Shown here: positions 41,698-52,151 of the stretch, in pieces | How positions within the stretch are numbered: the stretch's first letter is position 1 | Layout: each line of letters starts with the position of its first letter | DNA from: Actinomycetes bacterium | GTDB lineage: Bacteria; Actinomycetota; CADDZG01; JAHWKV01 | NCBI GenBank assembly: GCA_029263075.1 | Contig: JAJCYE010000108.1 | Span: forward strand, 7,675 to 71,674 | Direction: 5' to 3' | DNA length: 64,000 nt | Notes under the pieces: model-generated | Told to the model about the DNA's origin: nothing | Database searches by the model: none | What the model saw: the letters and a program-made list of their open reading frames with translations, nothing else | Position numbers and translations under genes: made by a program

Positions 41698-43925
41698 GGC
41701 TCCTCCTTCGGTTCGACCAGATCCATCTCCCGCTCGTCGATCACCGCCGAGCCGGGAGGTCCAACCCGCTCCAAGCGCACCGCCGAAACCTTGAACTCGG
41801 GAATCTTGGATAACGGGTCGAGCGCCCGGTTGGTGAGTTGGTTGGCCGCCCGGTTGCCGGCCCAGTGGTAGGGGATGAAGATCGTGTCCGGGCGGATGGT
41901 GGATACCACCCTGGCGGGCAGCGTCATCGAGCCCCTTCGGGAGGTCACCCTCACCTGGTCGCCGGTCTCGATCCCGTGCCGGCCGGCAAGGTTGGGATGG
42001 ATCTCACACAGCGGCTCCGGGTACTGGGCGACCAGGGGGCCGATCCGCCGGGTCTGGGTGCCCGACAGATACTGGCTCACCACCCGGCCCGTGGTCAGCC
42101 ACACCGGATAGTCGGTGTCGACCACCTCCGCCGGGGGCCGGTAGCGCACCGGGTTGAACCTGCCCCGCCCGTCCTCGGTGTAGAAGAGCCCTCCCTCATA
42201 GAGGCGCCGGATGCCCGGGTGGCCCTCCTCCGGGCAGGGCCAGAACACCCCGAGCTCCTGTTCGATCCGTTCCCAGGTGATGCCGTAGTAATCGGCACTG
42301 CCGCCCTTCGAAGCCACCCGCAGTTCGTCGAACATCTCCCGCGACGAGGAGTACGGGAAATACTTGCCCTTTCCGAGGCGGCGGGCCAGGTCGCATAGGA
42401 TCTCCCAGTCCAGTCGAGCGTTTCCCGGCGGCGACTTCGACGGGTTGAGCTTGATCACCCGCCCTTCCAGGCTTGTCGACGTTCCTTCGTCCTCCTCGTG
42501 CAGCGACCCGGGCAGAACGATGTCGGCGTGGAACCCGGTCTCAGGTAGGAAGAAGTCGATGATGGCGTAGAACTCCAGCTTGTCGAGTGCCTCTTTGGTG
42601 AACCTCGTGTCGGGCAGCGAGACGACCGGGTTGAAGCAGATCGACAGCAGTCCTTTGATCTCGCCCCGGTGGATCGCCTCCACGATCTCCTGAGCGGTCA
42701 GCCCTTTGCCGGGGATCTCGTCCACCTCACAACCCCAGACCGACGCAACGTAGGCTCGATGTTCGGGGTTGGTGATGTCGCGGTTGCCCGGGAGCTGCTC
42801 GCACTTGTGCCCGTGCTCCCGGCCACCCTGGCCGTTGCCCTGCCCGGTGATGGTCGTGACCCCGCAGCCTGGCTTTCCGTACTTACCGGTGGCCAGGCCG
42901 AGGTTGATGCATGCCCACACGTTCTCCACCCCCTTGGTGTGGTGCTCAAGCCCGCGGGCGTGCAGCAGCATCCCGGTCTTGGAGGTTCCCCACCACTCCG
43001 CCGCCTGCTCGATGCGGCCGGCCGGCACCCCGGTGACCCCCTCCGCCCAGCGGGGGGTGTGGTCCTTGACCGCCTCAGCGGCGGCCTCAAATCCCGTGGT
43101 GTGGTTGTCGATAAAGTCGTGGTCCAGCCAGTCCCGCTCGATGAGAACGTGCAGCATTGCACCCAGCAGCGCCGAGTCGGTCCCCGGGCGGAGCCCGAGA
43201 AACAGATCTGCGGTTCGGGCGGCCGGCGTGACCCGCGGGTCGGCGAAGATCAGCTTCGCCCCGTTGTCCCGGGCGCGCCAGATCCAGCTGGTGGTAATCG
43301 GGGCACACTCGGCGATGTTGGCGCCGATGACGAACACCACCTCGGCCAGCGGGATGTCGCTCCATGGGTTGGATGCCCGGTCAATCCCCAAAGCCTTCTT
43401 GTTCGCCACTCCGGCCGACACCATGCACAGCCGCCCGTTGTAGTCCAGGTTGGCTGTTCCCAGCGCCAGCCGGGCGAACTTGCCGATCATGTAGGACTTC
43501 TCGTTGTTGAGCGAGACCCCCGACAGCATGGCGAACGAGTCCTGCCCGTGAGCCTGCTGGATCCGGCGGATCTCGTTGACCGTGCGGTCCAGGGCGTGGT
43601 CCCACGACACCGTGCGAAACCCGTCGACCGAGCCCGGGTCCCGCTCCAGCGGATCGAGCAGGCGATCGGGGTGGGCGTTCTGCAGGTAGCGCTTCACCCC
43701 CTTGGGGCAGAGCTTGCCCTGATTGAAGGGGAACTCGTACCAGGGTTCGAAGCCGACCACCTCGTCATCTTTGACCTTGAGCTTGATGCCGCACTGCTGT
43801 CCGCAGAAGCAGCAGTGGGTCTTCACCTCCCGGTCGGCCTCTACCCCGGCGTTCCACCCCCCGGGGGGCTCCTGGTTCAGGTGTGGCCCGTAGCGGGCAA
43901 CCAGCTCCTGCTCGGTGAGCGGCAT
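41694..43925 (-). CDS. Molybdopterin oxidoreductase catalytic subunit, NasC/NarB-type (nitrate-reductase-like); no Tat signal
   Basis: N-terminal Fe-S motif [10 protein letters not shown], a [12 protein letters not shown] block and a C-terminal MGD-binding domain. No RR signal, so cytoplasmic. ATG at 43925 chosen; the ORF-track GTG start at 43991 would overlap the upstream gene by 58 bp. Confidence 0.8.
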   Translation of the reverse strand: MPLTEQELVARYGPHLNQEPPGGWNAGVEADREVKTHCCFCGQQCGIKLKVKDDEVVGFEPWYEFPFNQGKLCPKGVKRYLQNAHPDRLLDPLERDPGSVDGFRTVSWDHALDRTVNEIRRIQQAHGQDSFAMLSGVSLNNEKSYMIGKFARLALGTANLDYNGRLCMVSAGVANKKALGIDRASNPWSDIPLAEVVFVIGANIAECAPITTSWIWRARDNGAKLIFADPRVTPAARTADLFLGLRPGTDSALLGAMLHVLIERDWLDHDFIDNHTTGFEAAAEAVKDHTPRWAEGVTGVPAGRIEQAAEWWGTSKTGMLLHARGLEHHTKGVENVWACINLGLATGKYGKPGCGVTTITGQGNGQGGREHGHKCEQLPGNRDITNPEHRAYVASVWGCEVDEIPGKGLTAQEIVEAIHRGEIKGLLSICFNPVVSLPDTRFTKEALDKLEFYAIIDFFLPETGFHADIVLPGSLHEEDEGTSTSLEGRVIKLNPSKSPPGNARLDWEILCDLARRLGKGKYFPYSSSREMFDELRVASKGGSADYYGITWERIEQELGVFWPCPEEGHPGIRRLYEGGLFYTEDGRGRFNPVRYRPPAEVVDTDYPVWLTTGRVVSQYLSGTQTRRIGPLVAQYPEPLCEIHPNLAGRHGIETGDQVRVTSRRGSMTLPARVVSTIRPDTIFIPYHWAGNRAANQLTNRALDPLSKIPEFKVSAVRLERVGPPGSAVIDEREMDLVEPKEEP

Positions 43926-43933
43926 CTTTGCCA

Positions 43934-44968
43934 CTATCCGAACCCCCCAACCGCCCGCCCCTGCGCAAAAGCCACCATGAGGCGGCGGCACTTGGGGCAG
44001 TTGTCCTGATAGCTACCGCCGCCGCCCTCGAGGTCGTAGTCGAAACCCACCTGCGGCAGCACCTGTTTAAGATCGCCCATCTGCAACTGGGAAGCGAAGG
44101 GCTCACCGCACCGGGAACACATCTGCTGCGCCCCATCGGCCCCCTCCCGCTTGTAGTAAGCCGCTCCCAGGTGAGCCGGGCGCTGGAAGATGTGAAACAG
44201 CTTGCCGAACGGGATGTACATAAGGCCGAGGATCACCGTGAGGGCATGCACGGTGTTGAGGAAGACGTAGAACCTGCCCCCCATCCACAGGTTGGAGGCG
44301 GTCAGCGCCAGACCGGTCACGGACACCGCGAATAGACCAGCGAGGGCCAAAAAGTCGTTCGACCGCTCCACCGCCAGCGCTCCCGGGTCCCGCAACCGGC
44401 GGGAGAGGAAGATGAAGACCCCCGCCAGCACCAGCACGGCGGAGATGTCCAGCAGGTGGAAGTTGACCCATCCGACAAAGCTGCGGCTGTCGAAGGTCAT
44501 AGTGCCGAGGCCGCCGATGAAGGTCCGGTACTGCCGGCCGTTCTGGCCGACCGACTCGAAATGCAACAGCCCGAAGGTTAACGGGAAGGTCACGAGCGCC
44601 GCCAGCACGCACCCCCAGAAGATGAGCTGATGCGCCAGCCAGCGGGCGCGGGAGCGGCCCCAGATGAACGACTGCAGCAGCAGCTTGTTGACCACCAGGC
44701 CGGGGACCGCCGCGGCGTTGCGAGCCCTGGCGCCCGGCTTGAGAAAGGCACTCCAGGCCCGGCGGTGCAGGCGGGCGGTGGGAGGTCGCCGGAGCCAGAT
44801 CAGGTATCGGTAGACCACACCGAAGATGGCGAACAGCGTGCCGAACAGGTAGCCGACGAGGGCGGCGTCGAACCAGCGCAAGTTGCCGCTACCGAACAGG
44901 GCGATACCGAGTGCTACTGCCACTGCCAGGATGCCCCAGGTAGCAGCCCGTCGATCGATTCTGGCCAT
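43934..44968 (-). CDS. NarI-like (nitrate reductase gamma-like) dihaem cytochrome b membrane subunit with C-terminal CxxC...CxxC zinc-ribbon
   Basis: About 6 TM helices. His pairs sit in two helices (AHQ...LLH about 22 apart; NTVH...LFH 18 apart), like NarI haem ligands. C-terminal soluble tail has CSRCGEPF...CPKCRR. Confidence 0.5.
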   Translation of the reverse strand: MARIDRRAATWGILAVAVALGIALFGSGNLRWFDAALVGYLFGTLFAIFGVVYRYLIWLRRPPTARLHRRAWSAFLKPGARARNAAAVPGLVVNKLLLQSFIWGRSRARWLAHQLIFWGCVLAALVTFPLTFGLLHFESVGQNGRQYRTFIGGLGTMTFDSRSFVGWVNFHLLDISAVLVLAGVFIFLSRRLRDPGALAVERSNDFLALAGLFAVSVTGLALTASNLWMGGRFYVFLNTVHALTVILGLMYIPFGKLFHIFQRPAHLGAAYYKREGADGAQQMCSRCGEPFASQLQMGDLKQVLPQVGFDYDLEGGGGSYQDNCPKCRRLMVAFAQGRAVGGFG

Positions 44969-45072
44969 TTGGTTGCGACCTCCCGTCGGGGAATGTCTGC
45001 TCCAACGTGGTTACCCTAGCAATGGCTCCGACCGTCCGCCAAACCCGGCCGCTACCCGAGGCAGCCTCACGC

Positions 45073-45927
45073 TCAGGGCCAGGCTGCACTCAGCAGCGGA
45101 GTGGGCAGCGGACCGGTTCCACTGTTGGTTAAAGCGAGCACGGATGAGTCACCGGACCTAATGTCCGCGGCTACCGTCACCGACCCGGGCCCGCTGTCGG
45201 ACGACGAACCGGAGGAGGTCACCACCCGGTAGGCGGGCGGGGTGGGGATCGCGGCATCGGTCGGAGAGGGCAATGCAGCCCGCACGTCCAAAAGCGCGGA
45301 CCCCGGTTGCTCCCACCTTGCGGTGGCCTCCAGTTTTCCGCTGCGAGTTGGGTTCATCTCGAACGAAGGACACCCCCGCGGGGCGCAGGCTGCGTCCTGG
45401 GGGGCCGGGTCCAGGTTGGGCAGCTGGAACAGCACCGCCCGGTCGGCGGCGGTGTAGGAAAGGGCAACCTCCTGCAGGTCGACCAGGGTGGAGCGCCCGG
45501 CGAGTGAGATCTCGGCTCCCCTGATACCGGGGGCGACCGGGAGGTCGATTGGACTTCCGGCAACCGGGAGGACGCACAGCCTGCTGGGCGGAACGCTGGC
45601 GGGATCGGTGACCGAGCAGACGGTGACCGACTTCAACTCCTGGTCGATCTCGCCGGTGAGGGTGATTCTAATGTTGGGTGTGGAGGGGTTGACGAGAATC
45701 CGCACGCTGTTTCCGCCCTTTTCCGCACCGACCTTGAGCCTGAGTCGGTGAATTCGCACGGTGGTCTGGGCGTCCTCGTTGACCGATTCGGCCACGGCGG
45801 TGGGGGACACGGACGCTGCTCCCTTTTCCTGGCGGGCTGCTGCTCCGCCGGTGCGTGCGCCACCGCATGCCCCCAGAAGCAGGGTAAGGGTTGCGGCCAC
45901 TGCTAGGAGATTTCGAAAAGGGACCAC
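45073..45927 (-). CDS. Hypothetical lipoprotein
   Basis: Signal peptide plus lipobox LLGAC. Located upstream of the Mo-enzyme operon on the same strand. Confidence 0.5.
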   Translation of the reverse strand: MVPFRNLLAVAATLTLLLGACGGARTGGAAARQEKGAASVSPTAVAESVNEDAQTTVRIHRLRLKVGAEKGGNSVRILVNPSTPNIRITLTGEIDQELKSVTVCSVTDPASVPPSRLCVLPVAGSPIDLPVAPGIRGAEISLAGRSTLVDLQEVALSYTAADRAVLFQLPNLDPAPQDAACAPRGCPSFEMNPTRSGKLEATARWEQPGSALLDVRAALPSPTDAAIPTPPAYRVVTSSGSSSDSGPGSVTVAADIRSGDSSVLALTNSGTGPLPTPLLSAAWP

Positions 45928-46074
45928 CAGGCAAAGCTACCCGGCGCCTCGGGTCGGGCAAACTTCGACCGGCGAACCACGGACGCCGGAGGGGGGTTTA
46001 GTTCTTTGAGATCTGGGGAGACTTGCCAGAAGTGTTGTGCCCCAGCAGCACCCGTTTCCTTAAGGAGGGAATCA

Positions 46075-46572
46075 ATGGCGCAGACCGCCGCAAGAGTTGA
46101 CACCGCAACGCTACGAAGCTACCTGACCGACCACCTTGCAGGTTCGGTCCTGGGTGTCGGGGTTGCCGAAAAGCTTGCAGAGCAAAACGCAGGCAACGAG
46201 TTCTTCCAGCAGCTCGTGAAAGACATCAAAGAGGACCAGGATGCGCTCGAGCGCCTTATGGAAAAGGTCGGCGCCGAGGAAAACCCCGTCAAGAGCGTGG
46301 GTGCCAAGGTTGCCCAGTCGATCGGTACCGGCTTCTCCGGCGCCGGCAGTTCGGGTGCCGCCGGTGAAATGGGTGGCGTTCGTGAGTGCGAGGGCCTGAT
46401 GATGGGAATCACCGGCAAACTGTGCCTGTGGACCACCTTGAAGGAGATCTCCGACTCCGACGAGAGGCTGGCGGGGTTCAACCTCGACCGTCTGATTCAA
46501 AACGCCACCGACCAGCGCGCCGGCGTGGAGGCCGAGCGACTCAAGATGTCCAGGAAGGCCTTCCTGCGCTGA
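46075..46572 (+). CDS. Hypothetical protein (helical, possibly ferritin-like/DUF892-like)
   Basis: GGAGGG RBS before the ATG at 46075. No confident family assignment. Confidence 0.4.
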   Translation: MAQTAARVDTATLRSYLTDHLAGSVLGVGVAEKLAEQNAGNEFFQQLVKDIKEDQDALERLMEKVGAEENPVKSVGAKVAQSIGTGFSGAGSSGAAGEMGGVRECEGLMMGITGKLCLWTTLKEISDSDERLAGFNLDRLIQNATDQRAGVEAERLKMSRKAFLR

Positions 46573-46617
46573 TACCCTGGCCCTAGTGAGGGCCGATACA
46601 TCAACGCCAGCCGATCC

Positions 46618-49599
46618 GTGACCTTGCTGGACGATGAGGTCACGGATCTTGCGCGCCGGATCGCCGAGCTGGGCGCCGGCGAGCAGGCCAGGGTCTTCAA
46701 CATGTCCTGGTGGAGCGAGCGCATGCTGGAGTGGGCGATGGCGCACCCGGTGTTCAAGACACGGCTCTTCCACTTTGTCGACGCTTTTCCGGCGCTTGAA
46801 TCCGACGACAGCGTCGTGCGCCATTTGGAGGAGTACTTCGAGGGCGTCGAGATCCCATCCCAACTCAAGCTCGGCCTGGATCTGGCCGACCGGGTCCCCC
46901 TCGGCAAGGCGACCTCCGCCCTGGTGGCCCGCCGCAACATCAAGCGGATGGCCCGGCAGTTCATCGTCGGCGAGTCGCCGCACGACGCCGAGGACGACCT
47001 CCGAAAACTGTGGGGCCATGGGAGCAGCTTCACCGTAGACCTGCTGGGGGAGAAGACCATTTCCTCCGGTCAGGCCGACGCCTACGCCGCGCGGGTTCTG
47101 GAGATGCTGGAGGCGCTGTCCGCCTCGACCCTGAACTGGGAAGCGCAAAGCCACCTGGAGCGGGACGACGTTGGGCCCCTGGCGCGGGTCAACCTCAGCG
47201 TCAAACCCACTGCCCTGGGTCCCAAGTTCTCTCCGCTCACCGCCCAGGAGGGCCTGGAGGAGGTGAAGGGGCGCCTGAGGCCGATCCTGCGCCGGGCCCA
47301 GGCGCTGGGCGCCTTCATCAACCTGGACACCGAGCACTACGACGTGAAGTCCCTGACCTACCGGCTGGCCCGGGAGTTGTGGGGGGAGCCGGAGTTCGAG
47401 GGGATGGAGGGCGGGGTCGTCGTCCAGGCCTACCTCAAGGAGTCGGCGGATGACCTGCGGGCGCTCATCGACTGGTCCGCCGCCCGCTCCCGCCCGTTCA
47501 CGGTCCGGCTGGTCAAGGGGGCCTACTGGGACACCGAAACCGTGGTCGCCCGGGCGGAGGGGTGGGCAAGTCCGGTGTACGAGCACAAAGCCCAGACCGA
47601 CCTGAACTACGAGCGGTGCGTGAGGATGCTTCACGACGCGCACGGCAGGATCAAAGCCGCCTTCGCCAGCCACAACCTTCGGTCGCTGGCCTACGCGGTG
47701 GCCTACGGACGGGAACGAGGGATCCTGGACCGGGGCTACGAGCTGCAGATGCTCTACGGGATGGCCGAGCCCATCCAGCACGCGATTCGCAGCCTGGGGC
47801 TGCGCTTGCGGATCTACGCCCCGGTAGGCGAGCTGATCCCCGGTATGGCCTACCTGGTTCGCCGCCTGCTGGAGAACACATCCAACGAGTCGTTCATCCG
47901 GCACCGCTTCGCCGAGAGCTGGTCGCTGGAGCAGCTGGTCGCTCCGCCGGCCGCCCTTGACCTGCCGGAGGTGGAGCGCACCACCGCTCGGCTGCCGACC
48001 GATCCCGATTCCCCGGGCATTTACGCGCCTGAGGCCTTGGCGGAATGGCGGCAGCCCGGGGTGGTCGAGGAGTTCGGCGAGCAGGTGGCCCGGCGCTCAC
48101 AGGAGCTCGGCCTGGAGGTGCCGGCGGTCATTGCCGGCCGCGAGGTGTGGACGAGGCGTTCAATCAGCTCGGTCGATCCCGCGGACCAGTCGACCGAGGT
48201 CGCCCGGTCGGCTGCTTGCGGACCACAGGAAGCGGACGGAGCGGTTGCATCGGCGCTGGCGGCCTGGCCCGGGTGGAGCCGGACCCCGGCCCCGGAACGG
48301 TCGGCGGTGCTGTTCCGTGCCGCCCACTGGATGCGGGAGCGCCGGGGGGAGCTGGCCGCACTGGAGGTGTTCGAGGCGGGCAAGCCGTGGAAGGAGTCCG
48401 ACGCCGACGTCTGTGAGGCGATCGACTTCTGCGAGTACTACGGCCGGGAGATGCTCCGGCTGGACCGGGGAGGTCTCGTCCAGTCGCCGGCGGGTGAGCG
48501 CAACCTGATGACCTATGCCAGCCGGGGGGTCGGGGTGGTTATCGCCCCGTGGAACTTTCCTCTGGCCATCCCGATGGGGATGACCGCAGCCGCGCTGGCT
48601 GCCGGGAATGCGGTGGTTCTCAAGCCGGCCGAGCAGACGCCCGGCGTCGCCTGGCAGCTCGTCCGGGCATTCACGGCGGCCGGGCTGCCCGACGGGGTTC
48701 TCAACTTCCTTCCCGGGTACGGCGAGGAGGTCGGGCCGGCACTGGTTGAGCACCCGGACGTCTCGTTTGTCACTTTCACCGGGTCCCGGGAGGTCGGGCT
48801 GGGAATTGTGGAGGCGGCAGCCAGGCACCGGCCCGGTCAGAGGCAGGTGAAACGGGTGGTGGCCGAGATGGGGGGCAAGAACGCAATCATCGTAGATGCG
48901 GACGCCGACCTGGACCAGGCAGTCCCGGGCATCCTCCACTCCGCCTTCGGCTACGCCGGGCAGAAGTGTTCGGCGGCCGGCCGGCTGATAGTGCTCTCCT
49001 CGATCTACGACCAGACGGTTGACCGGCTGGCGGAGGCGGCGAAAGAGTTGATCATCGGGCACCCCCGCCGGTCCGGGGTCACGGTGGGGCCGCTGATCGA
49101 CAATGAGGCTCACGAGCGGGTCCGGGGCTGCATTGAGCAGGGCCGCAAGCAGGGCCGGGCGATCCTGGTTCGCAACGACGTACCGGACGCCGGGTGGTTC
49201 GCCGGCCCGGCAATCTTCGACGGGCTGGAGCCCGGCTCGGACCTGGTGCGGCAGGAGATCTTCGGACCGGTGCTCACCGTGCTGAAGGCCTCGACCTTCG
49301 ACGAGGCGATCCGGCTGGCCAACGACACCGAGTACGCCCTGACCGGCGGTCTGTACTCCAGGCTGCCTTCGCACCTCGAAAGGGCGGCTGCCGAGATGCG
49401 GGCGGGCAACATCTATCTCAACCGGCCGATTACCGGGGCGATCGTCGGCCGCCAGCCGTTCGGGGGCTACGGAATGTCGGGTGTCGGCTCCAAGGCCGGA
49501 GGGCCCGACTACCTGTTGCAGTTCTTGAACCCACGGGTGGCCACCGAGAACATGCTTCGCCAGGGATTTGCCCCGTCGGAAGAAGCGGGGGGCGTCTGA
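46618..49599 (+). CDS. putA: Bifunctional proline dehydrogenase / delta-1-pyrroline-5-carboxylate dehydrogenase
   Basis: N-terminal PRODH barrel plus C-terminal ALDH domain, with catalytic Cys in FGYAGQKCSAAGR and EMGGKNA. Confidence 0.9.
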   Translation: MTLLDDEVTDLARRIAELGAGEQARVFNMSWWSERMLEWAMAHPVFKTRLFHFVDAFPALESDDSVVRHLEEYFEGVEIPSQLKLGLDLADRVPLGKATSALVARRNIKRMARQFIVGESPHDAEDDLRKLWGHGSSFTVDLLGEKTISSGQADAYAARVLEMLEALSASTLNWEAQSHLERDDVGPLARVNLSVKPTALGPKFSPLTAQEGLEEVKGRLRPILRRAQALGAFINLDTEHYDVKSLTYRLARELWGEPEFEGMEGGVVVQAYLKESADDLRALIDWSAARSRPFTVRLVKGAYWDTETVVARAEGWASPVYEHKAQTDLNYERCVRMLHDAHGRIKAAFASHNLRSLAYAVAYGRERGILDRGYELQMLYGMAEPIQHAIRSLGLRLRIYAPVGELIPGMAYLVRRLLENTSNESFIRHRFAESWSLEQLVAPPAALDLPEVERTTARLPTDPDSPGIYAPEALAEWRQPGVVEEFGEQVARRSQELGLEVPAVIAGREVWTRRSISSVDPADQSTEVARSAACGPQEADGAVASALAAWPGWSRTPAPERSAVLFRAAHWMRERRGELAALEVFEAGKPWKESDADVCEAIDFCEYYGREMLRLDRGGLVQSPAGERNLMTYASRGVGVVIAPWNFPLAIPMGMTAAALAAGNAVVLKPAEQTPGVAWQLVRAFTAAGLPDGVLNFLPGYGEEVGPALVEHPDVSFVTFTGSREVGLGIVEAAARHRPGQRQVKRVVAEMGGKNAIIVDADADLDQAVPGILHSAFGYAGQKCSAAGRLIVLSSIYDQTVDRLAEAAKELIIGHPRRSGVTVGPLIDNEAHERVRGCIEQGRKQGRAILVRNDVPDAGWFAGPAIFDGLEPGSDLVRQEIFGPVLTVLKASTFDEAIRLANDTEYALTGGLYSRLPSHLERAAAEMRAGNIYLNRPITGAIVGRQPFGGYGMSGVGSKAGGPDYLLQFLNPRVATENMLRQGFAPSEEAGGV

Positions 49600-49706
49600 G
49601 GGCGGTTTCGTCTATCTGCGTTCGACGCTCGCGGGAACCGCCCCGGGTTTTCTAAAGTCGAGGGCGGTTTCGCCTATCTGCGTTCGACGCTCGCGGGAAC
49701 CGCCCC
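49598..49706. repeat. Tandem direct repeat, 2 x 47 bp (one mismatch, period 62 bp), each unit an imperfect hairpin
   Basis: Unit GAGGGCGGTTTCG[T/C]CTATCTGCGTTCGACGCTCGCGGGAACCGCCCC occurs at 49598-49644 and 49660-49706. Copy 2 contains the stop and last codons of the P450 gene; copy 1 starts inside the putA stop. Confidence 0.85.
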
Positions 49707-51071
49707 TTGCGGGCGGAGGGTGATACCGGTGAACAGCTTGACCGGGCCCTGGGGGGTGGTGACCTTGAAGTTTTGCATCAACAGGGCGGTCACGACCGCC
49801 GCCTCCAGCATCGAAAAGTACTGCCCTATGCACGCCCTGGGGCCGCCGCCGAACGGGAAGTAGGCGTAGCGGGGGCGGGCCTTCTCCCGGTCCGGGGTGA
49901 ATCGCTCCGGGTCGAACTTCTCCGGGTCCTCCCAAAAGCCGGGATGCCGGTGAGTGGCCCAGGTGCTGCAGAAGACGCTTTTACCGGCCGGGATGTCGTA
50001 ACCGCCGATGGTGTCGCCGTTCGTGCAGAACCGGGGGATCCCGTAAGCGGCCGGGTACAGGCGCATCGCCTCTTTGATGACCATGGTGGTGTACCGCAGG
50101 GCCATCACGTCCTCCAGGGTGGGTTCGGTCCGCCCCTGCAGGACCCGGTCGACCTCGGTGTGCAGATAGGACTGGATCTCGGGGTTCTGGCCCAGAAGGT
50201 GCAGGGTGAAGGTCAGCGAGGTGGCAGTGGTCTCGTGGCCCGCCAGTAGAAAGATCAGAACCTGGTCTCGAACCTCTTTGTCGTCCAGGCCCCGGCCGTT
50301 CTCCGGGTCGGTGGCCTGCAGCAGCAGGCCCAGCAAGTCCTCACCCTCGGCCGGTTGGGCCCGCCGGGCGGCGATCAGGTCGTCCACCACGTTGTACAGC
50401 GCCTGCTGGTACCTGAGGGCTCTGCGGTTGGCGGGGGTCGGCCAGGTCTCGGGAAGCGTGAGCGGGAAGATGGCCCTCTGGATCGCCCGTTCGCTGAGGA
50501 ACGGGACGGTTTCCCGGATTACGGGGACCGCACTCTCCACGTCGGCGCCGAACAGGGCGGTTCCCACCACCGAGAGGGTGAGCCGGGCCATCTCGTCGTT
50601 GAGGTCGACAGTGGTGCCTGAGTCGGCGTAGCCGCCCCATCGCTCGACTGCCTCACGGGTCTCTGCGGCCATCATCGGCACGTAGGAGGCAACCCGGCGG
50701 TGGGTGAAGATCGGCTGGATCATGCGCTTCTGGCGCTTCCACTCATCGCCTTCGCTGGTAAGAAGGCCGTCGCCGAGCAGGTGGCGAAGTTCGCTGTAGA
50801 CGCCGTCGTCCTTGACATATCCGGCAGTTTTGGAGGTAAGGACCTGCTGGATGTGGTCGGGGTGGAATACGCCGAACGCCTCTTCCTGGAACTTCCCGCC
50901 CGGGCCGACGGTGAACCGGACGACATCCCCGTACTCGAGCATCGCCCGGTGGACCGTGCCCAGCATGTCGTTTTTGAGGTCCAGGGCAGAACCGAGGAGC
51001 GGTGACCCCTTCGGCCCCGGCGCCGTCCGGCGAGCACCCGACTCCTGCAGTTCTTCGGTCTTCACCGCCAT
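49674..51071 (-). CDS. Cytochrome P450
   Basis: Haem-binding loop FGGGPRACIG, ExxR (EAMRLYP) and the I-helix AGHETTA. GGAGGG RBS before the ATG at 51071. Confidence 0.9.
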   Translation of the reverse strand: MAVKTEELQESGARRTAPGPKGSPLLGSALDLKNDMLGTVHRAMLEYGDVVRFTVGPGGKFQEEAFGVFHPDHIQQVLTSKTAGYVKDDGVYSELRHLLGDGLLTSEGDEWKRQKRMIQPIFTHRRVASYVPMMAAETREAVERWGGYADSGTTVDLNDEMARLTLSVVGTALFGADVESAVPVIRETVPFLSERAIQRAIFPLTLPETWPTPANRRALRYQQALYNVVDDLIAARRAQPAEGEDLLGLLLQATDPENGRGLDDKEVRDQVLIFLLAGHETTATSLTFTLHLLGQNPEIQSYLHTEVDRVLQGRTEPTLEDVMALRYTTMVIKEAMRLYPAAYGIPRFCTNGDTIGGYDIPAGKSVFCSTWATHRHPGFWEDPEKFDPERFTPDREKARPRYAYFPFGGGPRACIGQYFSMLEAAVVTALLMQNFKVTTPQGPVKLFTGITLRPQGAVPASVERR

Positions 51072-51161
51072 GGCGGCCCTCCTAACCACGACATCAGAGA
51101 ATGCAACATAGATTAACGTCATGTTACGCCCCGGTGGAGGAAAGTCAAGCCGTAGAAGGGA

Positions 51162-52106
51162 GTGACCTGCTTTGTTTCTGGGTACCTCTGGCTCATGGCA
51201 CAACAGATCAGGGGTGGAAATCCCCTTGGGTCCCCGGGCCCGATACCCACCAAGACCGATGCAGCGGGGGGCCCGGACTCACCTCTTGACCTGTCGCAGG
51301 GCGATTGGAAGGCAACCGCCAAGCGCGTGATGAAGGAGTTCAAGCAGGATCGGGTGACCATGGTCGCCGCCTCGTTGGCCTTCTACTTCTTCCTGGCCGT
51401 GTTTCCGGCGTTGATCGCCGCCGTGGGCGTCGTCGGGCTGATGGGGCTGGGTCCCCAGATCATGAATTCGTTGAACGAGTCGATCGGAACCACAATTCCG
51501 GGAGGAGCGGGTGAGATCCTGACCACTGTGATCGAAAGCGCCCAGGCGGCCTCAAGAGGCAGCTCCGTGATGGCGGCGATCATAGGTGTTGCGATCGCTC
51601 TATGGAGTGCCACCGCCGGCATGAACGCACTTCAGCAGGGTCTGGATGTGGCCTACGACGTCCCCTCGGAGCGGCAAAGGCCTTTCCTGAAGGCTCGGGC
51701 CGTCGCTTTGTTGCTGGTTCTGGCAACCGGAGTCCTCGCCCTCCTTCCTTCACCGTTCTTCGCGGCCGACGGGGTGATCTGGTCCGTGCTCGGCTGGTTG
51801 GTCATGGTGCTGACGGTCATGACCCTGCTTGCCGTCTATTACTACGTTGCCCCCAACCGGGACAAGCCGAACTGGAAGTGGGTGAGCCCGGGCGGGATCG
51901 TCGGCACAGTCCTGTTCCTTATGGCATCGGGCGCCTTTTCGGTCTACGTCGGTAACTTTGCGAAGTACGGAGAGACCTACGGTCCTCTGGCCAGTGTTGT
52001 GGTCCTTTTGTTCTGGCTCTACCTCAGCAGCATGGCCATCATGCTCGGCGGCGAATTAAACGCCGAGCTGGAGCGGCAAACCGCCATGCGGGAGGGCCGG
52101 GTTTAG
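51162..52106 (+). CDS. YihY/BrkB (virulence factor BrkB / RNase BN-like) family membrane protein
   Basis: MVAASLAFYFFLAVFPALIA signature and 6 TM helices. An alternative ATG lies at 51195. Confidence 0.75.
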   Translation: MTCFVSGYLWLMAQQIRGGNPLGSPGPIPTKTDAAGGPDSPLDLSQGDWKATAKRVMKEFKQDRVTMVAASLAFYFFLAVFPALIAAVGVVGLMGLGPQIMNSLNESIGTTIPGGAGEILTTVIESAQAASRGSSVMAAIIGVAIALWSATAGMNALQQGLDVAYDVPSERQRPFLKARAVALLLVLATGVLALLPSPFFAADGVIWSVLGWLVMVLTVMTLLAVYYYVAPNRDKPNWKWVSPGGIVGTVLFLMASGAFSVYVGNFAKYGETYGPLASVVVLLFWLYLSSMAIMLGGELNAELERQTAMREGRV

Positions 52107-52151
52107 GGGCGGTCGTTGCCTGCGCCCGGTGCAAACCGCTAGGGTCGGAAT

